Assembly (NCBI GenBank): GCA_050273025.1
Contig: CP158635.1
Coordinates: forward strand, 8,866,001-8,930,000
Length of the DNA stretch: 64,000 nt
Reading direction: 5' to 3'
Source of the DNA: Cenococcum geophilum
Lineage: Eukaryota
The number at the start of each line of letters is the position of its first letter. Position 1 is the first letter of the stretch. Under the pieces are notes generated by a model. That model ran no database searches. It worked only from the letters and a program-made list of their open reading frames with translations, and had not been told where the DNA came from. Position numbers and translations under genes: made by a program. Positions 38,001 to 49,600 of the stretch are shown here, in pieces.

Positions 38001-40564
38001 GATAGGTAATAACGGTCTCCTTTACCTAGTTATATTCTACTCGTCTAAGCTTATACTATAAGAGTGTAACTACAAGATCTATAATAAAGAACTCCTTATA
38101 ATTGTACGAGTGTTTAAAGAATTCTAATTAGAACTCTCCTTAGTAGAGCCTAACCAGCTAACTAAAGTCCTTATGGACTATCGCAATCTTAAGTACTTTA
38201 TAACTATGAAGCAGCTAAACCAATGCTAAGTATATTGGAACGAGTTCCTCTCTGGTTTTAACTTTAAAATTATATATAGACTAGGAGTATAAGGTACTAA
38301 ACCTAATAGCCTAATACGCCGCTTGTAAGATCTTCCTTAGTCTAAAAATAACCCTTATAATTAGTTCCAATAATAGACAATCCTAAAAGTATGAAATTTA
38401 GCCCTAGGTATACTATTTATAATAGAGCTAATTATACCCTAGCTTTATACTATAGAACTAGAGTTACCTCCCAAAATTAATAAGCTTATTACTATGGCAT
38501 ATAACGCCTCTGTTAACCTATTACTATATTAACTTATCGCCGTAAAGACCGCTAGCGCCTATACGCTGCCTACTAACCTCTAAAGCTTAGGCTAGATTAA
38601 TATAGCAGCCTTAAAAGTAAAAGAGAACAGACTCTATTATAGAGGCCGCCTATTTATCCCTAACTTAGAAAATTTATAACGGCAACTAATCTAAATAGCC
38701 TATAATCTTTAATTAAGCGGCCACCTAGGTAAAGGAGGAACCTATAAGCTTCTTAGCCGATACTACTTTTGGCCAAAAATAATAGACTTAGTTGAACACT
38801 TTATAGGCGCCTATTATAGTTATAAGCGCGCTAAGGCCTTTAATATAAAGTACTAAGGACTACTATACCCTCTACTAGTACCTATATAATAATGGGCAGA
38901 TATTGCTATAGATTTTATTGTTAATCTACCACCCTATAAATAACACGGCCGTACCTATAAGAACATCCTTATAATAATATACCGACTTATAAAAGAGCGC
39001 CACTACGTTCTAACCGAAGGTGTAGCCGTTAGCGACGTTACTAACGCCTTCTTCTGTAAAGTTTACTAACTATATAGGCTACCTAACTCAATTACGTCCG
39101 ACTAAGGCATATAATTTAACTCTGATATATAGAGACGAATCTACTAACGCCTTGGTATCTCCGTTAAGATATTTATATCCTTCTATTATAAAACTGCTAG
39201 GTAACCGGAAAACGCTAATGCCAGTATAAAAGTGTACCTATGATAGGTAGTTGCCTATAGTTAAGATAACTAGGTGGATTACCTCCTACTAGGTAAATTT
39301 ATAGCGAATAACTATGTCTTAACTACTATAGGACTTACCCCGTTCTTTGCGAATAAGGGTTATTACCCCTAATCTGGTATAGAGCTACTAGAACCTATTA
39401 ATAAGAAACTGCTATATAGAAAACGCCTTAAGATGCTACTTGCTAACTAGCATGTAGACTATATAAAAAATCTACTTAACTACTATAAGGGAGAAATGGC
39501 CTGGGCTTAAGTAAAGTAGGCTTACTTTACTAATTGTTATAGAACGCTACTACCAAAGATACGTGTTAGCGACTGGGTATAGCTAGATATACGCAATATC
39601 TTTACGTAGAGGCCTATAAAGTCACTTAATTATAAGAACCTTGGCCCCTATCTAATTAAACGAGTTATTAATAGGGGAGCCGTATATAAGCTAGAACTCT
39701 TACCTGCCCTAGCTACCCGTGGGATATAGCCTATATTTTACCTATAGCTACTATACCTCTATTAGCCTAACCCCTTACTAGGGCAGATATAGCCTAAACC
39801 CCTACTAGTACTAATCCGAGATAAGAACAAAGATAAGAACTATAAGGAGTGGACTGTTAAACAAATTATTAACTCTAAATACTTTGGCAAAGGTAAAGGA
39901 CGACGGCTTTACTACAGAGCTATATATATAGGATTTAATATAGATTAGCTAGAATGGCAATTATAGGAAGACTTCAAAAATGCAAAGGATCTAATTAGCG
40001 ACTTTTACTACGCGAACCTATAGAAACCGGGCCTAAGCAGAGACTTTATACCTAATCCTCTATAGGAGCCCTTATAGAGTTAAACCGTTATATATTGCCA
40101 CGTAAGGGCAAATTACCGTTAGATTGCCGTTAGATTGCAGTAAAGTGCGATCATGTAACTGGAATATTGTTGAGATGTCTAGGAACTTTAACCGGCGGTT
40201 AAAGTTATCTAATTAGTTGGATTCTTAGATGCCAAACCCTATTATATAACATTATTTTAAGCCTTTAGCAATACCCCCCTTTTCTTCTTTTCTATACCTT
40301 AAGTGTCTCTTCTATATATATATAGTAACCACAGCGTTGCCGGAGCTCCGCCTCTATAAGAGGGGGGGTAGTGTTATAGAACCCTACCGCAGGGGCCTCT
40401 ATAGGAGAGCCCCGTGCTCTTGCGTATACCTCGCGTACAGCTTATGTCAGCTACGCGTAGGTATATCACCTCCTTACGCCCTTAACTTTTACGATTGATT
40501 GCGTAACGTCTTGTAGACTCCTTAAATACATACGCTTTGTAGCTACTACCCCTGTCCCGTAACA

Positions 40565-42473
40565 CACGTTTATAAAATTTATACTATAGAGCTAAACAGG
40601 TAGGAATTTCCGTCCTAACGCTACTACTAAGCTATCTTTTAATATTATAATCGTTAATAGCGTTATAAAAATTAAGAATAACCTAGTCCTCTTTTTATTT
40701 ATATAGGACGTTTATAACACTATAAAGTTTACGTCTAGCTTTATTATAACGGTTATATAGTTTTATTCCCTTTGCGGTGTTAATAGGGTAATATCCCTAG
40801 CTCCTAATCTTTTACTTATATCGCTCTTATTTCTCGCAAAGCTGTAGAATATTAGGGCGTTAATTAAGTTTTAGCTGGAATTTAAGCTTTTACTCGTTAG
40901 TTAGACCTATAGGGGCCCGCTTATCCCTTAAGATCCCCATTTATACGGCATATTAGATAAGGTTGTCCTATAATAGAGTCCTAAAGTAAATTAACTAGAA
41001 ATCGCGCTTAATTAAATTAGGTAAATAAAACCGCTAGTAGGTATTACCGTAATAACCTATTATCTAATTTCGCTCTTCTAAAGTAAGGGTGCCTAAAAAA
41101 CTTAGTTAATATATGCACTTATATTAAATTAAATACTTACTATTTAATTTCCTTCTAGACACTCGTTGCAGCTAATAAAGTTTAAGCGATTTTTTAAACC
41201 TAGCTACTTAGCCTAACTATACGTAGTAATTACGGCATTTCTAGTAAGGGAATGCTTTGGTGTCCGACACTCCCTTATAACTAGCCATTATCTTAATATC
41301 TTAAAAGATAGGTCGTTTCTCTATTTCCTTCTTAAACTTTACTTTAAGACTCTTTTTTTTTACTAGGATTTTAAGTCTAAAAATCTCTTCCGGTAAAGTG
41401 TAACGGCGTTAAAATATATTATCCGCAATAGCAAGGCTTATAAGATGGGATAGGATATAAAAAGCTAGGATACTTTTAAGACGGAAAATAAACCTCTTAC
41501 TATAGGTCTATTAGCACCATTCGCGCCATTTTTAATTAACGTTGCTATATACCGTCTGCCTATGCCTCTAGAATTCTTAATATATATAAGACTTACGAGG
41601 GCAATAGTTATAGTTTAATTAAAGTTTTTTATATCGCGAACTCTTAGGATTATAATATGTTTATATAAAAGCGCTTTATTAGAGCCTCTTACGCTTAAAC
41701 TTTTAATAAAAGCTTAGGGTCTTATTGCCGTGGCACTAAAGAGAAGGATTGCTCCTATCTATACTCAAAAATAACTATAGTAAGGCTTCGCGTCTATTGT
41801 TTAATAGGCATTAATAATTATATACAAGTCCTGTATATATATAGCATCCTTTTCTTTCTCTAACGTGTCTAGCTTATATATTAGTATTAAGTAGGTTAGG
41901 ATCCACTATAATAAATTAGCTAGGATTTTTTTAAAAAATTTAAGATTACCTATATCTTGTATATTAAGTTCTGCGCTATTATTTATACTATGGCCTACTA
42001 CATTTATAAATTTATATAGTATTCATCTCCAGTATAATTAGATTATACTTTTCTTCTTAATTTAAGAATTTTTTACGCGCTATTTAAGGTATATTTTAAA
42101 CGTGTTAGGCATACACTAATAAAGAGCCTTAGTTAGGTTAGACTTAACTTTTAGGTAGAACCTAAATATAAATTATTAGTATTATAAGGTGAATTTTAAT
42201 TTAAATATAAACGAACTTTTTTTAATTCTAAAACTTATGCTGAATAAGAGAAGTAAACTAGGGCTTCTATTTTAACTTTGCCCTTTCTTAGTCCTTATAA
42301 TACGCAATCCTCTACTATAAATATTCCCCCTTAGAATTGGCGTCTTCCCTAGCTCTAGAGTTAGAGCTTAAATCTAAGTCTAAAGCTAGCTTAGAATAAG
42401 ATGGCTTGCCTAGTTTAGAGTCTAAGCTAGAGGCTAGATCTATATTTCGCCATTTCTTACTTTAAGAGGGTAT
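40565..42473 (-). pseudogene. Starship captain, DUF3435 tyrosine recombinase (segment 1 of 3), RIPed
   Basis: RIP-reverted, spliced reading: FKIYLKWRV...STIQSYWR...YKLDTSEKEK...LLFSATATRPRAFIES...ALLYKHI...LISLAIADNIF...LGQVAGFEKSLELYQLQRVSGRKLN..TLEERNQIMGHYGNTYQRFYLP.LIKRDFQSIYFG...SRDKRAPIGLT. These are the catalytic R, YxxRR, MGH and Y motif positions of DUF3435. Confidence 0.92.
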
Positions 42474-45400
42474 AGTAGTTAAACGCGTAATATCTTAGTG
42501 CTTTAGTAGCTACCAGTTACCTATACGTAAAAGCTAGCTTAAGAGCGACTGCTATTAATAGGAACGCTAAAAAAGGCTCTATAGAAGATCGGCGTTTTTA
42601 AGAGCGGGATAGGGCAAAAAAATCCCATGGGTAGAAACCTAGAAATTAAGTATTAAAAGTAAAAGACATAATAGTAGGGAAAAATGCATATATAGCTACT
42701 GTGGGAAAAGGGTTAAAGGAGCGTAGTGCAGAAGGGAGGTTTTATCGTGTAAGGGTAGTGCTTTTAGCAAAGGATAAGGATAAAGGTAGGCGGCGGACGT
42801 CTATGGCTTTTTAAATAACGTTAGCCGCCGAGGGACGTTTGGGGAGCTTCTAGGTTTGGTAAGTAAGTAAGGGAGACCCTGCTGTCCTTGGCATACTTAG
42901 CATGTTGTAAAAGCGGCGACAGATATGGGTTTAAGCGAGGAGAAACAGCCTCCTAAAACGGGGGGGAGGAGCCTCTAAATCCGGCTGCGTCTTCCCCAAT
43001 AACAAGATTCTAGAAGGGATAATAATATACTATAAGGAACAAAAGAATGTTTAATTAAGAGTTTTGCGTTTTATTATAATAACGTATACTAAATTTATAA
43101 GGATGCTAAGTATAGCGTAAGCTATTAGCTATAGGAGCCAAAATTATTAAAGTTTAAAGGAACTAATAAACTAGTTTAAACTACTTTAGTACTTAATAAA
43201 GGTAAAAGGCCATAAGCTTGAGATTTTTAAGACGAGATATAAGATAACTAAGATTCTTAAGATAAGATAAGGTAAGCTTAAGGACCTATAATAGATAATA
43301 ACCAATAGAGTAAAGCAATGGCTTAGTTTAGTAATATATAAATAAGCTTAGGACGAAGTTTTCTAAAAGTATAAGACTCTTAAGACGAGATAAGTAAGAT
43401 TTAAGACTTTTAAAACGAGATAAGAATACTAAGAAAGCCTAGTTAAACTAAGGTTAGAGTAAAGCTTAAGATAGAAGCAAGCTTAGGATTAAGAATCCTA
43501 TAGGACTAAGATTTTAGTAATAGAATAAGGACTATTAAAGAAATTGCGAGTAAGGCTTAGTAATAGGATTAAAATGTTAATACTATAATTAAGAAGTAAG
43601 AGAACTTTAAGGATCTACTTATAAGACGTAAACTAAAAAAAACTATAGAAGAATTTAGATAAAGAATTATTATATAGTAAGAATAGAAACTAGATAAGAG
43701 ATCTAGTATATTAGGTTATATAAGGGATAGAGCACCTATATAAAGAATTACTAATAAGCTTAGGGTAGGTATACTAAGAGCTAAGTAGCTTACTAAACTA
43801 AAAAATAAAGAGGATTTAGGGATCCCTATTAGGTTTAAAGAACGATATATAAAGGGCTGTTATAATATAGTAATAAGAAGATACTTCCTTACGGATAAGC
43901 CGTATATACTCTAGTAGCTATACCAAAAATAGTATAGGCAAAGGTATAACGATAAGTGGGAAGATTTCTATATATAGTTAGATAAATAAGTTATCTAGGA
44001 CCACCCAATTATAGAGAAGGCTATAGCTTATATTAAAGAAACCTTAATTATAACATTAAAGGATCTAGAGGAATTATTAGAGGACTAGAGAAGTAAGAGA
44101 TATATCTTAATACCTATAAATAAAGTTATAACGTTTAGATTAACGTGTTAAAGGTTTAAACTTAAAGATAAAGATAAGTTAAAAGTTAACCTAAAGCACC
44201 TAGTATACTATACGCTATTATGGATTATATATATAGACAATATATATAAGATATACAGAAATCTAAAAGAAAAGAATTGGAAGTACCCTATAAGGATATA
44301 TTAGGCGCTAGATAAGTAATAGTATAGAAATACTAAATATATATATAGATAGCATCTAATAAAAGTTTAAGAGTTAGAAAACTTAATACTTTAATTAAAA
44401 AGATTCCTTATAGAAGAATGCTTAGACGGATAATAGTAGTAGGAATACCTAGAGAATACGTGTTTATAGTATATTAAAGATAAAAAGCGAATTAAGTATT
44501 AGCTAAAAAGTAAGCTAAGTGTAATAAGATTAAGCAGCTAATAGTTAGGAAAAGTAGAGGCCTATAAAACTAAAGAGAGCTAATAATAGAGCCTTAAACC
44601 CTTAAAGGAATTTAAGAATAATACCTAAATTTATAAGTTAATTAGTAAGACTAACAGTTTAAAGTACTAATAGATAGTGGAGTAATACGGAACTATATCT
44701 TACTAGTAATAGTTAAAAGAATAAAATTACCTTACAGATAAAAGGAATAATCTTACCTATTAGTTATAATTTTAGGAGATCTAATAGCCTATAGAGGAGG
44801 GATTATTAATCTTAAAATAGGACCTATTTAAATAACTATTAAAGGAAGATGAATTAAGATATCTTTTAATATCCTACTATTAGGATAGGATAAGGTAGTA
44901 TTAGAAATACCTTAGTTATAGGAATATAATCTAAGGATTAATTAGATTACAGGTTAGGTTAATATTAGAAATACTTAACGCCGTAAGATATAATAGTAAA
45001 CTAAGTTAATATAGTACTAAGTTAGAGCGATATATAAAGAGACTAAGTAAGGCTTAAGTTATATATTAAAAAGATACTATAAGTATAGTAAGAAACTATA
45101 GAGCCTAAAAAGTAAAAAGCTAGTAAATTATATAGTATAGGACTATAAAATAGAGTTAGAACTAGAAATAAGTCTAGGGTTCTTTCTAACCTATAAGCTT
45201 ACTAAAGAAGAGTTAAAAGCACTTAAAGAGTTTATCTAAGAGAACTTATAAAAGGGATATATTAGACTATTATAGTTATTAGCAGGTTATCTAATACTGT
45301 TTATACTAAAGAAGAATAGAAAACTTAAATTATGCATTAACTATAGGCAGTTAAATAGTATTACTTAAAAGGATAGGTACTCTTTACCCTTAATTAGCGA

Positions 45401-46603
45401 AATCTAAAATTAGATAGGTAATGCGCAAATCTTTATAAAGATAGATCTAAGATAGGCGTACTATTAGATTAGAATTAAGGAAGGTAATAAATAAAAGACA
45501 GCCTTTAGATTAAGAGAAGGACTATATAAGCTATTAGTTATGCAATTTGGGTTAATAAATATACTAGTAATATTTTAGAAATAAATTAATAGTATATTAG
45601 GAGAATACCTTAATAAGTTTGTTATAGTATACCTTAATAACATTATTATCTACTTAATAACTAAGGGAGAGTATAGAGAACATGTTAAATAGGTCTTAAA
45701 GAGACTATAGAAAGAATAGATGCTAGTAGCAATTAAGAAATACGAGTTCTTTATAGGGAAGACCGATTTTATTAGATTTATTATTAAACTAGGTTATATT
45801 AGTATGGACCTAAAGAAAATTAAAGCTATAGTAAGTTAGTAAGAATTAGAGAATATAATATAGTTAAGGTTATTTTTAGGGTTTTGCAACTACTATAGAA
45901 GGTTTATAGCATAATGGTTAAAGAATATTAAACTATTTACTAGGCTTATAAAGAAAAAGGAACTATAGGTATAGGGAAATAAGTAAAGAAAGCTGTTTAA
46001 AGAACTTAAAAAGCTGTTTACTTAGGAGCTAATCCTTAAGATCTACTAACTAGGACTAGACACGGTTATAAAAATAGATGTATTAAACTATATACTAAGA
46101 GTATGCTTACTATAGAAGTATAAGGACGTATAGCATCCAGTATTATATTATAGTAGAAAGATAATACTACTAGAGTTAAACTATAACATCTATAATAAGG
46201 AGTTATTAGGTATAGTTACAGCATTTAAAAAATAGAAAGCATTCTTATAAGGCGTAGAGAAACTATTTATAGTTAAGATAAATTATAAGAACCTAATAGG
46301 GTTTCTAATAATAAAATAACTTAATTAAAGATAAGTTAAATAGGTAGAGATGCTTACAGAATACTATTTTAAGATTTAGTATACTAAAGGAACTAAGAAT
46401 ATAAGGGTAGACATACTTAGTAGAAAAGCTAAACTATAGAATAATAAGAAGCTATTAAAAGCAATACTATATAGAGATAAGGATGGATAAATTAGATATA
46501 ATTACCCTAAGCTAGTAGTAACTTAAGAGGATAATAAACTAGAAAAAGTCTACGAGATACTAGAGAGCTTTTGGATATAGAGAATTCTAAAAGTATAGCT
46601 AAA

Positions 46604-49600
46604 TGTCGGTATATATGCTTTAATTAACGTGCACGAATATCACTGTATTGCGATACGTATGCGGTGTTGGTTGTTAGATGATTGTTTGGTCTCTAATGTA
46701 GTGTTAATAGTATATATACGCGTCTTGCGTAGATTACGTGCTCTATACACGTGATATAAATATATATACCAACACTAAAGCAACTCTAAAAAGAAACTAA
46801 ATTGTGCTATTTCCGTTGTTCGTAGTATATACGTAATAACTAGCTCTTCCGTCCATAACACGCAATAGCTATAATGGCGCTAGGGCCTATTACATACTAC
46901 ATTCCGCCAACTTCTGCTATGCTACTAAATTCTGCCAAATTCTGCTATATTGCCGAATTCTGCCAAATTCTGCCATGTTGCCGGATTCTGCCAAATTCTG
47001 CCATATTGTCGAATTCTGCTAAATTCTGCCGGGTTATTAAATTCTGCCAAATTCTGCCATATTGCCGGATTCTGCCAAATTCTGCTATATTGCTGGCCCT
47101 AACTTCACTAGCGCCTTAGTAGCCCCCGCGTCTACCTTCAGTGACACTAAACTAAAGTCAAATCCGTTCGCTTAACCCACTCTACGGCCCATAATTCGAC
47201 TTAATTCGTGTTAATAAGTTATAATAGTGCCGTACAAGGCTTACCCTTTATCATAGCGTCCGCAGGGTTAGTGTCTCTATTAATCCACTTAACTTTAGTA
47301 ATCTGTCTCCGCTTATAAGCTTGGCGGAGGCATATTACATTAATTATTAAGCGTTTCTCTTGCGTAGTTCCTAGTCGGATAAGATAGTTGTATAAAGACT
47401 TCAAATCGGTATAGAGAACAAGTAGTAGGTTGACCTGTAAGATCTTATTTAGCGTAGATTTGATTATAGCGCCTATATCAAAACAATACGCTATACCGTA
47501 CAATTCTGAGGCTAATACGCTCCTAGTAACTCTTTTGCACTTGGTTAAGGACCAATAGACAATATTTGCCTTGTTTGAGGCGTCCGCTAGTATAAGTACG
47601 TAGCCAATTTATAAAGATAGGTCCTTATTGTTGGCGAAGGAAGCGTTTATAAATACTAGGAGTTGTAAGGTATTGACATCTAGCTTGACGAACTTTAAGC
47701 CTCTATTTGCGTTCTTAATCTGCCAACTTAATCGCTTATTAAGACTCTTTGTGTCATCTTTAACTAGGTTAATTACCTAGGTAGTAAAGGATAGATTAAA
47801 TAAGGCCTTTAGTTAATAAACAGATGTAATATATACACCTTTGGCACGTTAGGCGATATACTGGTCTTTTAGTATTAAAGTATAAGTAGCTCCTTTTGAG
47901 CCAATACTCGTGGCTAGTTTAGTGCTAATTGGGCTGAGGTTTTTATATTGCCGCTCTTAAGTAAGGGTGATTTTATCCGGAATAAGTTAAATAAGGCCAC
48001 TATTGAATTTAAGGGGTGTATTAACTGTAAGTTGCTTACGCTCTTTGGCTATAAACTTTACCTTATATAGCTTATTCTGCTCCGCCTCTATAAAGGTCTC
48101 ATCTGCCAAGAATAGGGTGTTATTGGTCTATAGGCCTATAATGCCAAAGGGTTTATTGCTTTAGAGAAGGCAAGGGTCGTACGTAGATTGGTCTATATGT
48201 AGCTGCTGTATATAATACGAATGGTAGGTCTTAAATTAGTGGTTACTGGCTTCTAGTACTCCGTATAGAGGCTTTAGCACCTTTAAGACCGTATCCTTAC
48301 TAATTCTAAGTTTGTTCTGTAGTTTACAAGGTAGGCGCACGTAGAATTTACAATTTAGGTTTGTAGTGGACTGTATATAGGCTTGTAATATATCCCGTAG
48401 GTAGAGGCTGTATAGCCCTATGGCGGCTATATATAGGATAAGTCGCTAGCTGACTCGCTAAATGGTTGGTGATTAAGTTAACACAAGCTCTTTCTCCTAG
48501 TTGTTATACGCCTATATAACTAGTTGAGACTTCTTAAAGGCCTTATTAGTACCTAGGTTCTTAATTTCGTCTATAAAGCGTGAGTTAAAGAGTTGTATAC
48601 CTTGGGGTATATTTGTAAGCTTCGTAATCTTAAATACTCCTTTCTTAAGTAGACTGGTGAGTTCCTTTTGCCAGGAGGCGCTAAATTAAGTAATATTATC
48701 TTGCGAGTAAGTTGTGATATCTACTATAGCTATAAGTAGGGGGTACTTGCGTGGGCGACCTCGGCCTCGTTTTGGTGCTAGTTAAGGGGCAGCTTCCTAA
48801 AATGGAGGCGTAGGTTTGTTAATTCGCGTGGGTTCTATGTGCTCTACGGCGTCATGGATAGGAGGCTCCTCGGTCGGTTCTGGTTGTAGGTATGGTTTAA
48901 CAACCATAGATCGGAAAGATGTAGGTTTATTTAGTAATTTAACCGTATATGTTTCTCCTTTGACCGTAAGTAGGTTATGTGGTCCGTCCTAGTGTCTAGC
49001 TTGGCCCGTATTTCCTTCTCTCCATACTAGAACGGGTGAGTTTGGTAGTAGGTCGTGTACCGCGTTAGTTTTAGGTCCGTTGCGCATATTTAGGGCGTCT
49101 GCGATTTAACGTCTAGCTTGTAGTTTCTGAATTTCTGCCATGGCCTTCTTAATTGCGTTTGCTCGCTGTGTTACTGACGGTAATGGTGCATCTAATTCGA
49201 CCATTTAAGGGTATGCGCCGAATACTAATAGTGTAGGGACTAATCCATCCGGGCTAGCGGTGTCATTAATAGCCTTAAACGCCATTTGTAGTGCTATGTC
49301 TTTGTTAATATTAGGGATCTTAACGGTGATTATTTGATATACGCGTTATAGCGGTCTATGGTATCGTTTTACTATACTAATAGAGTTATAGGCTTTAACT
49401 GGAATTCCTTTTATATTAATACCTATAGTACTTGCGTACTGTTTAAATTCCTTACTAATAAAGTTCTTGCCTGCGTTATATATGACTAGATCTGGTGGTC
49501 CTAGATATATATTAATCCAGCACATCCGTAACACATCCTATGTATATTTGGCGCTTATATTTTGTAACCACCTACTAGCTTAAAAGCGTGTTCCCTTATC

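Larger units (their letters stand above)
33056..40564 (+). mobile_element. Full-length Ty3/Gypsy chromovirus inserted in the captain gene
   Basis: 193-bp LTRs at 33056-33248 and 40372-40564. 4-bp TSD CACG. PPT AAGAGGGGGGGTAG. RT AYLD(D)ILIYS at ~37484-37513. RNase H TDS(S)DY ~37960. Chromodomain EWTV(E)QII(D)S ~39846. Confidence 0.96.
1..43012 (-). mobile_element. RIP-degenerate Starship (giant tyrosine-recombinase element); far boundary not seen in window
   Basis: DUF3435-type captain is the first gene from the ~43012 junction and points inward. Several host-like RIPed pseudogenes follow it. Gypsy gag homology starts abruptly at ~43013-43016. Assigning everything out to position 1 to the element is inference. 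Confidence 0.7.

Noticed and set aside
46874..47119. 81-aa ORF with NSAKFC repeats
   Set aside because: Antisense read-through of the decamer array in the Copia 3' UTR.
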